The notes: a model not told the origin generated them from the letters alone. 64,000 nt of DNA from Ginglymostoma cirratum (GCA_024137785.1 JAHRHZ010000267.1:56891245-56955244); one strand, 5' to 3'. Counted from the stretch's first letter, positions 50,229 through 62,155 are shown. Numbers and translations are program-made.

Positions 50229-50489
50229 TCAGTGTCCATGCCCACTTCCTTTGTCCAGGAGCCTTCATTTGAAGTGGACAGTTTGCTGGTTTCTGTATCA
50301 TTGATCTGCCTGGGCATCTCCCTCAGGCATCCAGCCCTCTTTAGACCTTTCTACTTGGGAACCGCTACTACAACATTGACCATCGGAATTCTTTTGCCCC
50401 CCTTATTTGATCCACTTTGTCCTTCTCTGTATTTGCAGCCATTTGATTATCTCAGGTTTACTCCTAACTCTTTGAGCCCTAACTCTCAT

Positions 50490-51660
50490 TCAACCCACTG
50501 ACGATAATGATGATCTTGTTATTGGCTAGTGAACTAACCTCCAACTTGTAAGGTGTCTTCCCTCTGTGACCTTCAACCTTGGAGTCCCTCAACCCTGTAC
50601 ACCACCTTCCCCCTCTCTCCCAAGACCCACTAACAAATGCTCTGGTAAACCTGTTTCATCTTGCCTGTGTCCCAACAGAACTAACTTACTCCTGTCTCAA
50701 CTCCATATGTTATTTGCCTTGAGTAACCTCTCTTCAACTCATCCCTGGTCTTGACCAAGTCCTTAAACCTTGGCCGCCCAAGACCTCTGCATCTCCATTC
50801 CCACTGTTAAGTGAAACTCCGATTCCTCCTTGAAAGAAGGCCTGCTGGATCCTCATCCACTGGCACACTCCTCTGCCTGTCCGAACGTGTTCTCACATGA
50901 GCTGATTTTGTCTGGATTTTCAATCACTTTGTTTGAGTTATTGGTGTTATCAAGAGAATTTATATGGGCCCTAGTTATTGCCTCCCTTTTCATTGTTTGT
51001 TCCAGTCCAACTCAGACTCATCTGTTTTTGGGCCAGTACATTAATGACTGTGACAGTGCTATTTCCGGATCTTGGCCCTGACTTGGAAACTTAAATCAGT
51101 TTTGTTCCTAGTTTCTACTCTTCTCTCACCTCCGTGTGATCCATCTCCAACTTTTCCCTTCCTTGACTTCCCTACTTCCACTTCTGCACGGTGACTATTG
51201 GCCAAGGACTGACTGACTATAAATCCACGATGTCACATCTGATATGACTGTGCTTCTCCACATCCTGCTTCCTGTAACGATACCCATCCTTTCCCCCTGC
51301 TTTCCATCTCCTTCACAGCTGTTCTGGTAATGGACATCATCCAGAACCAGATCAGTGTCTGTTTTTTTTAACAGATTCCCTTCGGAAGAGAGGGGCTCTT
51401 GGGGCCCTCTGCCAATTGCGTGCCAGTCCCTCATTTCCAGCTTTTCTATTTTCACCTCTTCCCCTCCTTCCCGGAAACTGTGATTTTTTCCACCATTTCC
51501 AACACCTTCAGTGTGATATCAGCACCAAAGTTATCACCTGTCTACCTTTTCCCGTTAGGAATTCCACAGGGAATCTCTTCCTCTGTGGTGCCCTGGTACA
51601 CTCAATTGCCCCATTACCACATCCCTCCCTTTCCCAGCGTTTTTCCCTCTGCACGTGAGA
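50490..51660 (+). mobile_element. Old, degenerate Penelope-like reverse-transcriptase region
   Basis: C/T-rich strand as at 53489; relics of MGPSYACLF (atgggccctagttattgcctcccttt), YIDD (cagtacattaatgactgt) and LPFLD (tcccttccttgac); multiple stops and frameshifts. Confidence 0.6.
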
Positions 51661-52514
51661 GAACAGCAATGCTTGGGGTTAGATTTTCCTGTTCCAAATC
51701 AGGAGGAATGAAAAGTGGTGACAGCCTGCTCCATGTATTCCTGACTTGCTAACTATTTTCTGAAGAAATCGCCGTGGAATAGGAGGTAAGTGGGCAAGTG
51801 AAGTTACCCGCCATGATAGTTTGGTTGTTTTGAAATCCTTAGGGAGTTTAAGAGCTCACTTCTGACCTCCTGTGGTTTTCTGTGATGCTCCCTGAGGCTG
51901 ATAAGCCACAGCCTGGTGCTCACAGGAGTGGCAGCACTGGAATAGTTTTATTTAATGCAGAAAGTGACCCTTCACCTAAGGGAACTACTGAGCAGTAATA
52001 AAACTTTTAATGTACAAACTCTCTCAAATGTATATTCTCTGTTTGCCTTGACCACTTTGAATTTGAGGATCTCCTTTGATTTTAAAACTGCACACATATG
52101 GTGGCCATTCAAGCTATTATGTCACCTGCTTCCATTGTGTCACTGTGACCACTCCTTGCCCGGTCCTGCCCTGGCTACTAACACAATTCATGCTTCACAA
52201 CATGTTGGAGATGGAGGGCGATTGTGGCCCAGCATCAATGTGTCTCCTGATTCCCACTTCCCACAAGTAAGCCTAATCCCTGGCCTTTTACCTCCTCCTT
52301 CCCACCATTCAAAGCCCCAGTTACTCTTAGCAGGCAAAACACGTATTTACCTGGATTTTTTTTTTTCAATTTACTATTGTGTGTGAGACAAAATGCAGAT
52401 TGAATGATAACTGCAGAAGATCTTGTTCATTATGCAAGTAGAGAGAACTGCACCTCCCCTTTTAAATCAGAACGTTATGGCCTTGGAACTCAATGATTTC
52501 ACATGGTAACCATT

Positions 52515-52802
52515 GGGGTGGCACGGTGGCTCAGTGGATAGCACTGCTACCTGACCACCAAGGACCCAGGTTTGATTCCACCCTCGGGCGACTGTGTGGA
52601 GTTTGCGCATTTTCTCCATGTCCTCGGAGGTTTCTGTGGGTGCTTCAATGTCCTTGCTCTGTCTGAGGATGTGCAGGTTAGGTGGATTGGCCGTGGTAAG
52701 TGCAGGGGTAGGATAAGTGGGTGGTTCTGGGTGAAATGCTCTTTGGAGGGTCGGTCTGGACTTGATGGACTGAATGGCAATGTAGGGATTCTGTGATTCT
52801 AT
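52515..52802 (+). mobile_element. HE1-type V-SINE
   Basis: ggggtggcacggtggctcagtggatagcactgct...tgtgtggagtttgcgcattttctcc...gtagggattctgtgattct. Confidence 0.85.
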
Positions 52803-53049
52803 TGTTCTTGCTTTTCTTCAGACAGTAATTGGTAGTGAGTTTGTTTCTTTTCTACATTTGTCCCTTGTTGGATCCATCTTTTATTTCTTCACTTGGCCCA
52901 ATTTGATATTTTTTCACAATCCACCATCACTTTGTCATCTAAACTTGCACTCTATCGCAGCCCTTCCCTTCAGTCCTGACTTTAGCTGCTCTATCTTATC
53001 TGTTCTATCAGTAATTGATTAACTTCTGATGATTTTGTGTATATTCTTA

Positions 53050-53395
53050 TGCCACGTGGCTGTTGATGGGAAGGCCAGCATTTGTTGGCCATCGTAGTTG
53101 CCTCCGAAATGATTGACATACTCGGTCAGTTAAGAGTAAACCACATTCCTGTGGGTCTGGAGGCCACATGTAGGCCAGACCAGGTGAGGGCAGCAGATCT
53201 CCTTCTCTAAAGGGCATTTGTGAACCAGATCATTGACCAATCAATGACTGTAATTATGGTCACCATGACTGAGATTAGCTCTATACTTCCAGGTTTATTA
53301 ATTAAATTTAAATTCCACTCGTTACTATAGTAGACTTTGAACCACCATCTCCTGAGCCTCTAAGCAGTGATAGGTAATACTGCCACATCACCTCA
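53050..53395 (-). mobile_element. Shark SINE-like repeat (gtaggccagaccaggtaag family)
   Basis: cacatgtaggccagaccaggtgagggcagcagatctccttctctaaagggcatttgtgaaccagat. Confidence 0.6.
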
Positions 53396-53852
53396 CCAAG
53401 CTGTTGCAAGCATAAACCCTGAGCTCCATTTTTCTCATTAAGGAGCTTGTGTGGGGATGAAACCAGATAAACAGAGGAAAAGGAACAACCACCGCCTCCA
53501 ACCTCATCGTTCCCCAACCCCGCACCGCCCGCTTCTATCTCCTCCCCAAAATCCACAAACCTGAATGCCCTGGTCGACCCATTGTCTCCGCCTGCTCCTG
53601 CCCCACCGAACTCATCTCCACCTACCTAGACTCCATTTTCACCCCCTTGGTCCAGGAACTCCCTCCCTACGTCCGTGACACCACCCACGCCCTCCACCTC
53701 CTCCAGAACTTCCAATTCCCAGGTCCCCAACACCTCATTTTTACTATGGACGTCCAGTCCCTATATACCTGTATTCCCCATGCCGATGGCCTAAAGGCCC
53801 TCCGCTTCTTCCTGTCCCGCAGAACGGACCAATCCCCCCTCCACCGACACCC

Positions 53853-54252
53853 NNNNNNNNNNNNNNNNNNNNNNNNNNNNNNNNNNNNNNNNNNNNNNNN
53901 NNNNNNNNNNNNNNNNNNNNNNNNNNNNNNNNNNNNNNNNNNNNNNNNNNNNNNNNNNNNNNNNNNNNNNNNNNNNNNNNNNNNNNNNNNNNNNNNNNNN
54001 NNNNNNNNNNNNNNNNNNNNNNNNNNNNNNNNNNNNNNNNNNNNNNNNNNNNNNNNNNNNNNNNNNNNNNNNNNNNNNNNNNNNNNNNNNNNNNNNNNNN
54101 NNNNNNNNNNNNNNNNNNNNNNNNNNNNNNNNNNNNNNNNNNNNNNNNNNNNNNNNNNNNNNNNNNNNNNNNNNNNNNNNNNNNNNNNNNNNNNNNNNNN
54201 NNNNNNNNNNNNNNNNNNNNNNNNNNNNNNNNNNNNNNNNNNNNNNNNNNNN
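53853..54252. other. Assembly gap (400 N)
   Basis: Run of N. Confidence 1.
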
Positions 54253-54297
54253 CTCCCCCTCTCTCCCTATTTATTTCAGAACCCTCTTCCCCTCCCC

Positions 54298-54335
54298 CAT
54301 TTCTGATGAAGGGTTTAGGCCCGAAACGTCAAGTT
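54298..54335 (+). ncRNA. Minimal type I hammerhead ribozyme motif in Penelope pseudo-LTR
   Basis: attt-CTGATGA(54303-54309)-a-gggt ttag gccc-GAAA-c-GTC(54328-54330)-aagt. Confidence 0.7.
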
Positions 54336-54864
54336 TTCCTGCTCCTATGATGCTGCTTGACCTGCTGTGTTCATCCAGCCCCATGCTTGTTATCTCTAAG
54401 CAGCATAGTATGCTGATGGGGTTAGACAAAGAGGGTTTATGGAGGTTCTTGTGGAATGTAAACAATGGTATGGACCAGTTGACTTGTGTAACATCTACTT
54501 TGCCAACTAGCTAAAGGTTTGTGTCTACAAATTACATGTTTACCTGATTCCTTCTAAACATTGCATGTGTGTTTACACATTTACTATGCTACAAGTGGTG
54601 TTGGCAACAATGAGGTTTGTGGGATCCCTCATTTACATAAAGAGAATCTGATTAGAAGTAGTTCACACGAATAGGATGATGTAGGTGCCAGTAAGACACA
54701 TGTATTGTAATCGGAATGAGGGGGATTCCCCTATGCTTTAACATAGTAATGTTTTTAAATTCCGATCAGCCCTTCACCCTTTCGCTCATAAAAACAGGTC
54801 TGTACATTGTACCGGAATCAAGTGGGTGATGATAAATTGCAGGAGTTCCCTGACTGGTTGGGCA

Positions 54865-55075
54865 CAGAATCTACACGAGAGAAACAGACCACTTGACCCA
54901 AATGTCTGTTCAGACAGTAGTGCTGCACCTAAGCCTCCTCATAGCCCTCTTTGCACCTGGTCTCCGTAACCTTCTATTCCTTTCTCCCTCTTGATGTTAT
55001 CCGCCTTTCCTTTGAATGCATGTATTAAGGCCGTTACAGATAGCTGGCTGCACTGAACGAGTACCATTGTTTTCT
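54865..55075 (-). mobile_element. Old CR1 3' end
   Basis: cagaatctacacgagagaaacagaccacttgaccc...tctccgtaaccttctattcctttctccctc. Confidence 0.45.
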
Positions 55076-57254
55076 GTAGATTTTCAATCTTGGCAATGCT
55101 GAGGAAAACTGGTGGAGTCCAGACTGCACTCTGTTCAGGCAAAGACTGACTTGGTGAAAAGGAAGAAAAACAGTCTTCCGGTGGAAGTTTAGCACGGCTG
55201 GTGGGTTGTGCAGAGAGACAGGCCCTTCCTGTATCCCAGGCACCAGACAGTGGAAGGAAGACCGGCACCAGGCTGAGTTAATGTGATGGATAGGGACAGC
55301 AGGTCACTGAGCTGAGCTAATTGGTGTGCAGCCATTAAATGATTCCAAAGTACTGATGCTTGGTTGCAGCTGACATTTCACGCAATCAGCCAGGCAGGTT
55401 GACACATTGAAATACATGAATTTTTGACCAAATTGATGCTGTATGTTTTGTTAGTACAATAAAACTGCACCTGCTTGTACTAACAAGCCATTCATTATGT
55501 GTATACATGTGTGTTTACGTGTGTGTACTCCTGTGTGTGTACCTATGCTGTGTGCATATGATTCTGTCTTTCAAAGCTTGACTTCAGGGTTGGAGCAAAG
55601 GTCAAAGGTGAAAGCTCCACTACATTGTGAAAATCAATCACAAATTAATTTGGCTAGAATAGTGAATGAATCTGACTGAGAGTAATGATCATTGTACAAT
55701 TACAACAAAGCAGTAATTACTTTATTATCAATTAAAATTACCATTCATAAGACCAAGTGTATTAAACAAAAAGGCTGAACTCTGAAATGTTCACACAACC
55801 GTCATAAAGAGCTCCAGTTTCATCTTCAAACCTAACTGGTTTTTTTTTGGCGACATATTTTTTTCCAGACGCACAGATGTCAGTTCACTAATTAATTGTG
55901 AGCTAAAAATACATTTCTTGTGTTTATTTTGTTGTTTCAACAACATCAGCAGTCTCTTGAGGAACAGGAAGTGAAAAGCTGGTTGAAATGCAATGCGGCA
56001 GAATATGGTTCTGGAGCTCAGAGTTCAGTGACAGACAATTATCTGTTTTGCAGCTGATTAACCTTTTTCTGGGTTATATTTCAGTGCCTGTCATGGCTTT
56101 AACAAGACCGGGGTGGGGTGTGTTTGAGGGGGGAAAAAGAACATTGAAGTCAGGAAGGTGGTGGTTAAACCAAAATCAAACTTAAATAGAGAGGAAGTGG
56201 ACACAAGCACATGATGTAGTGGTTTAGGTTATTGAAGGTACATCATCAGTTATATCCTCTGAGTAATGGCACTGGAAATTTATCCTCTTATGGTTTTACA
56301 AAATTTGGGGAGAATGAGCAAGTTTCACAGGAAAATCCCAAGTGACTCAAGTTTGTCGCCTCAGCACCAAAGCAGGGTTTCACTGTAGTTACTCCCACCA
56401 GTTAGATTGCAGATTTTCCTTTCTTTTTATTGTTGTTACTGTAAGATTCATATTCACAATGTCATCACAGTGAGAGAGAGCTTGAGATTCGCTGTCACCA
56501 TATGGTTAGCATGAGATTCTGCTGATTTCCACTTGCATTGCAGATGGCTGGGAGTTTCTGAAGGCCATCCTTGTGACTGGCAAACAGAGCGCATGTGTTC
56601 TCAGGCTTTACTAACTCCCACCCACCCTTGTCCACACCCCTTCACACATTGGAAAAATGTAGTGCTCGTCCTGTCCACCAGACAAGGATGAGGTGAGTCA
56701 ATGCTGCTATTTTAATCCACAATTTACTGCTCCCAGGTACTGTATTCAGCTGACTAACCCAAAGTGTGCAAGTATAAGGTTGCAGTACTTAGTAAGGAAC
56801 GTGATGTTAAACAGCATTAAGTTGATCTATTTCATACCCCTTCCCTATCCCGTTAGGTGTGTGCACATTATGGTAGGGGAGTAATAATAATTTTTAATCA
56901 ATTTGTTCAGAAGTATTCTGACACACAGTTCTGTAACAGGTGGGTATTGAACTCTGATCCCTTCTGGCCCAGAGTTAGGAACACTATTACTGTTCCTGAA
57001 GAGCTCTGAAGTGGGGTATATTGTAATGATAAGCTCTTACCTGCCAAATGAAAAGCTTGTTTTTGAAGAAGCGTTTGAATTCAACCGCCTTTAAAGTGTG
57101 GTTTGTCTTTTTATTATTGTTTGTGTTGCAAACACTATGTATATAAATATAGATTTATTTTAACAAGCTCAAACTTATTTGAGAGTTCAGGTCATTGAGT
57201 AAATCTCTCCCTTCATGAATTGGGGCTTGCCTTGTCCCTATCATAACATTATAA

Positions 57255-57552
57255 CTGTCTATGTACCTCCAACACTTGTCTCTCGCACAATCCCCTAATT
57301 CCTTTGTTCCACCACTGGCAACTGTGCCTTCACCTGCTGAGGCTCTAAACTCTGAAATTTCTTCCCAAAACCTTCCCACTCTTCATTCTCTCTATCCTCC
57401 TTTCAAATCCCGCTTAAACCCTCTACCTTTGACCAAGCATTTGGTCACTTCTTCTAATATCTGCTCATATGATTCAGTGTCACATGCTTTGGCAACATTC
57501 ATGTGAAGTGCTCTGAGAGTTTTTACCGTGTTAAGGATGCTGTACAACTGCT
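57255..57552 (+). mobile_element. L2-like LINE 3' end
   Basis: ccaccactggcaactgtgccttca...cttaaaccctctacctttgaccaagcatttggtca...tgtgaagtgc. Confidence 0.6.
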
Positions 57553-57807
57553 TTCAGTTTTTTTTTCCCAAAATGGATGTACTAAGAGCCTTTCTTTCAC
57601 ATTGGAAACGTAACCAAATCAATAATAAGAGGCAAGGCTCCCACAGTGGTGTGACCTCAACTTTGACCACTTCTGCTTGCCACGATTGACGTTAAACATT
57701 ATGTGGTCTTTACCTGTATAGAGTGTTACTAAAGCTATGAAAGCAACATCAGAGCCCTTTTCTCCTCTTCACCACCATAACCTATCTCTTTTGCTACACC
57801 TTAATTA

Positions 57808-58210
57808 TTAGGCTGTCAATTCTTACCCATCCCAATTGCCTCTGAGAAGGTGGTGGTGAGAGGCTGCAGTTCATGTGTTGTAGGAATACCCACAGTTCGA
57901 TTGGAAAGGGAGTTCCAGGACTTTGACCCAGACACGCTGAAGGAGTGATGACAGCTGTGACTAGGAAGGGAACCTGCAGGTGATGCTGGTGTTCCCGTTT
58001 GTCGGACGCCCTTGGCCTCTTAGGTGGTAAAGGTCTCTGGATTTGGAAGGTGCTGTCTGAGGACCCTTGCTGAGTTGCTGCAGTGCAGCTTGTAGATGGT
58101 ACTCAGTACTGCTACTGCACATTGATGACCAGAGTGAATGTTGAAAGTTGTAGATGGTATGTCAATCAAGTGGGCTGTTTTGTCTTGGATTATGTCAAAC
58201 TTCTTGTGTA
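57808..58210 (-). mobile_element. LINE 3' fragment (catgggaacaccacc family)
   Basis: cccatcccaattgcctctgagaaggtggtggtgag...gggagttccaggactttgacccag...tcaatcaagtgggctgttttgtcttggat. Confidence 0.65.
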
Positions 58211-58213
58211 CAA

Positions 58214-59325
58214 CCTATATTGATTTTGATGGAACTAAATGTAATATCTCCACATTTGCAAACAACATTAAAGCTGGATGGGAGGGTAAACTGTGCAGAG
58301 GATGCAAAGATGCTTCAGTGTGATGTGGGCAAATTTTTTTCTTAGTCATTCACAGGATGAGGGCATCACTGGTTGGCTAGACTGGCATTTATTGCCTATT
58401 CCTAATTGCACAGAGGGCAGCTAGGAGTCAATCACACGAAGTGTAATGTGGATAAAGCAGCCGAAACAGGAAGGTGGGTTAGTATCTGAATGGCATTAGG
58501 TTGGGAAAGGGAGAGGTGCACTGAGACCTGTGTATCCTTGTACAGGTTTCAGGCTCTTGAAGTCCCTCCCTTCGTATATTAGGGTTTGGCCTGTCCACAT
58601 TTACAACTGTCTCTACCTCTAACTCTGGCCTCTTGCACAATCCCCTAGCCCCTTTGCACTTCTATTTGATAAATGTGCTGAAAGGAAGCAGGCATTGAAG
58701 AAGGCAAATGGCGTGTTGACCTTTATAGCAAGAGGATTTGAGTACAGCAACACAGATGTCTACAGAGCCTCAGTGACACCACACTTGGAATATTATGTGC
58801 AGTTTTGGCCCCCTTATGAGGAAGGATGTTCTGGTTATGGAGAGAGCGAGTGATGGTTTATTACATGGATTTCTGGGATGGCAGGACTGATGTACAGGGA
58901 GAGACCGGATCAGTTAGGACCGTGTTCAGCTGGAGGTTAGGAGAATGAAGGGAGGAAGGCCTCGTAGAAATCTATAAAAGTTGAACACGACAGTGCTAGA
59001 CAGAGTAAACGCAGGCAGGATGTTCCTGATGTCTGGGAATCCAGAACCAGGGATTACACTCTAAGGATATGGGGTAGGCATTTAGGACCGAGATGAGAAA
59101 TTTCTTCACGTAGAGAATGGTGAGCCTGTGGAATTCTCTGCAGAACAGAAAGCCATTGAAGCCAAAACATTGAATATTTTCAAAAAGTCATTAGATGTAG
59201 TTTTTTTAGGACTGAAGAGATCAAAGGGTATGAGGCAAAAGCAGGAACAAGGGATTGAATTGGACCATCATATTGAATGGTAGAACAGGTTTGAAGTGCT
59301 AAATGGCCTACTCCTCCTTGTTCCA
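58214..59325 (+). mobile_element. CR1 LINE 3' ~1 kb (RT domain to tail) with two nested insertions (58340-58437 and 58545-58670)
   Basis: tgtaatatctccacatttgcaaacaacattaaagctg (ISKFADDTKL relic), gagacctgtgtatcc, cacttggaatattatgtgcagttttggcccc (HLEYxVQFW), tail aaatggcctactcct. Confidence 0.8.
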
Positions 59326-60744
59326 ATGTTTGCTGGAGCTGCACTCATCTAGGGCAAGTGGGGAGTATGCCATCACATTCCTGACTTGTGCCTTGTCGGT
59401 GGTGGACAGGTTTTGGGGAGGCAATAATGAATGTTCAGTATTGATTTCCACTTCCTGCCTCAAAGCTGCTGGGCCTCCAGCAAAATATTGAGCAAAAGAA
59501 GTTGGCGAAAGGGGGAAATATTGAAATTCTTTCCATCTGTTTGTTGCTACCAGGTCCAGCTGTCTGTCAGTCAGAGGGAAGCGCTGATCATTGAAGTAGC
59601 TCACCTTCCATCATTCCAAATAGGTGACCAATCTTCCAGCATTGTTCTGGGGGATTGCGATTTATCTGCTGCGTGTAATTGAGGAGGAAAAAGCATGAGA
59701 ATCTGAAATACAAAATGTGTTTTACATACTTGTTGCAATAACATTAGAATATCCAAAATAAAAGGCTGTTTGACTGAGGGCACTTGGAGGTAGCATCACA
59801 GAAAGGTATTGGAGTGTAGGTACTATCCTAGTTTGCCTGTTCAGAAATGTTACTATGTACCTCTGGAGCAGATACGATTTGAACCCAGGCTTACTTGGCT
59901 CAGAGTTGGGGACACTACACTACAAAGAGTCCTTAATGTTGGTGTCTGACTTGAATCCAAGTGTGCCTGCGCTTGGACATAGTCCCTGCTTCTCTGCAAG
60001 CCATGGTCATAGGCAGCAGAAGTCAGGTGTGGGTGAAAATGAACAGGTGCTAAGAGTTCTAGCCCACCTACATCATCAGATTATCCTGGAGTGTATTCAC
60101 AGGCCTGTTGGTGATTCAAGTACTTTGCTTTATTTTACATAGCTGGGAGAGAGTAAGAGAAAGGAATGACTCATAGTTTCTGGCCAAAAATAATAATGGT
60201 GAAACAAGATGCTGAATATAGACAACTGTTGTTAATTTAATTTTCAAAAACTCGGACACACACGTAGCCTGTACCAGTTGTATCTTCAATTAAATCATTT
60301 AAAAGTGGAGCCTTGTTTGCAATGTCGGACCATTTGTTGCCACTGCTTGCTTTCTGCGGCTTGAATGTTGCAGAATAACTGACACTAACGTGAAACAGAT
60401 TTTTCTTTTACCTGACGAACTAAAGTAGAGGGATCTCTAATTGCTGTGTTTTAAGGCTGAGGTTGTGCTCGTTTGGTACCAGGGAATATTCAAAACGGAA
60501 TCTGATACTCCCCCCACAAACAGGAAATGACGTTACACTGAAGCTCAGGGCTGCGGTGTGCACACATCCCAGTGTCATTTCTCGTATGGCGTGAAATGAC
60601 CAACTCCAGATACAAGGAGGAGAGCAAAGTTGAAGCAGTTTACCAAGTTGTTGACTGAAGGTGAATGACAGGTGCAAGCTGCTGCTGCTACTTGAATTCC
60701 CTCCAACACGGCAAAACACCCCAAGGTCTTTCATTAGAAGTGTA

Positions 60745-60980
60745 GACCATAAGACAAAAGAGCAGAATTAGGCCCTTCAGCCCATTGGGTGTGCTCTTCC
60801 ATTTGATCATGGATGATGAGTTTCTCAACTCCATTTTCCTGCCTTCCTATCCTTTCATCCCCTTACTAATCAAGAGCATATTTACTTCTGTCACTTGGCC
60901 TCTATAGCCTTCTGCAGCAATGAGTTCCACAGATTCACCATTGTCTGGCTGAAGAAATTCCTCCACATCTCAGTTCTGAA
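60745..60980 (-). mobile_element. CR1 LINE 3' end
   Basis: agaccataagac...gagcagaattaggcccttcagccc...gagttccacagattcacc...gaagaaattcctc. Confidence 0.7.
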
Positions 60981-61019
60981 GTCTTACCCATGTTAACTGG
61001 AAGGAATTGTGCCCAACCG

Positions 61020-61612
61020 AATAGAATTGCAGCACAAGGGAAGACCATTCAGCCCATCAAACTTGTTCCTGCTCGTTGAAGGAGCTATTTAGTTTATTCC
61101 CACACCTATCTCTATGTCCAGTTACTGTAGAATTTGATTTCATCACCATTTTATCTGCAGTCAAGATCTTGACAACTGTGTGAAGGAATTTCCCTTCATT
61201 TCCTCTCAAGCTTCTGCCAATTATTTATCATTTATGACCAGAGGAAATAGTTTCTCCCAACTTGCTCCAACAAAACCCCTCTTAATTTTGTATGCCTTAT
61301 TTAAGTCTCCCCTTGCCTTTTCTATTTGAAGGAGAACAATCCCAGCTTCTCCTGTCTCTTTATATAATTGAACTGTCTCATTCTAGCTATCATCCTGGTA
61401 AGTGTCCTGTGCACCCTCTCTTCACATCCTTCTGAAAGTATGGTGCCTCATTGTACACAAGACTCCCAGTGAGGCCTGATTTAGCGATTTAGAAAGGTTT
61501 AACATGACTTTCTTGTTGTATTTGATGCCCCTATTTACAAAGTCAGGTGCCCCATTTACTGTCCTAATTGCCTTAACAACATGCCCTGCCTCCCTCCAAC
61601 AATTTGTGAACG
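61020..61612 (-). mobile_element. Old CR1 LINE 3' fragment
   Basis: Minus-strand ORF with FVNRGIKYNKKVMLNLSKSL; tail atagaattgcagcacaagggaagaccattcagccc. Confidence 0.65.
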
Positions 61613-61786
61613 TGCACCATGTGCTGTTTGGACAATGTTGCAACAGTCCAAAGGTGACAGTGGAGTGGAGAGAGGGTTGGTGGGCAGTTAAAACTGGTTG
61701 TCATGGGCTTTCAGAAGGTGAGCTTACCTGTTCCTCAGGAGTGATGTCAGGTGGCAGTTTTTGTGCAGAAGAAAAGATGGTGGAAA

Positions 61787-61900
61787 TGGACAGCATGGTG
61801 ACATTGAGGTAGCAATGCTACCTCAGCGCCAGGGAGTTGGGTTCGATTGCAGGCTTGTGTGCCTGTCTGCATGGAGTTTGCATGTTCTCCCTGCGTCTGA
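61787..61900 (+). mobile_element. HE1-type V-SINE, 3'-truncated
   Basis: ggacagcatggtg...cagcgccaggga...gggttcgatt...tggagtttgcatgttctccctgcgtctg. Confidence 0.6.
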
Positions 61901-61919
61901 AGTAAACATCACAATCTGT

Positions 61920-62155
61920 CAACCCACACTGAGTCAAAGATCATGACCCTTGAACCTGTTTTGGGGCAAAGACCATGACTTGTGGACCTACACTGGGACA
62001 AAGACTGTGATCCTTGAACCTACATTGAGACAAAAGCCATGAACTGTGACACTACAATGGGGCTAACTCCATGACACATGAATCCACATTAGGACAAAGA
62101 TCAATAGCCGTGAACCTACATCAGGGCACATTCCATGACTTGTGAACTTGCACTT
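61920..62155. repeat. Degenerate 32-bp minisatellite, about 7.4 copies
   Basis: Units start at 61920, 61952, 61984, 62016, 62048, 62080, 62112 and 62144; consensus approximately gaacctacattgggacaaagaccatgacyygt. Confidence 0.85.

Larger units (their letters stand above)
53489..54396 (+). mobile_element. Young 5'-truncated Penelope-like element (RT N-terminal part, gap, pseudo-LTR)
   Basis: Uninterrupted frame from 53491: TASNLIVPQPRTARFYLLPKIHKPECPGRPIVSACSCPTELISTYLDSIFTPLVQELPPYVRDT...FTMDVQSLYTCIPH (Penelope RT motifs LPKIHK, RPIVS, DVxSLYTxIP); pseudo-LTR follows the gap. Confidence 0.92.

Noticed and set aside
53647-54306. 219-aa ORF
   Set aside because: Its length is an artefact of reading through the N gap; the real part is Penelope RT.
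61920-62155. Possible CRISPR array
   Set aside because: Head-to-tail tandem units with no unique spacers, in a vertebrate context.
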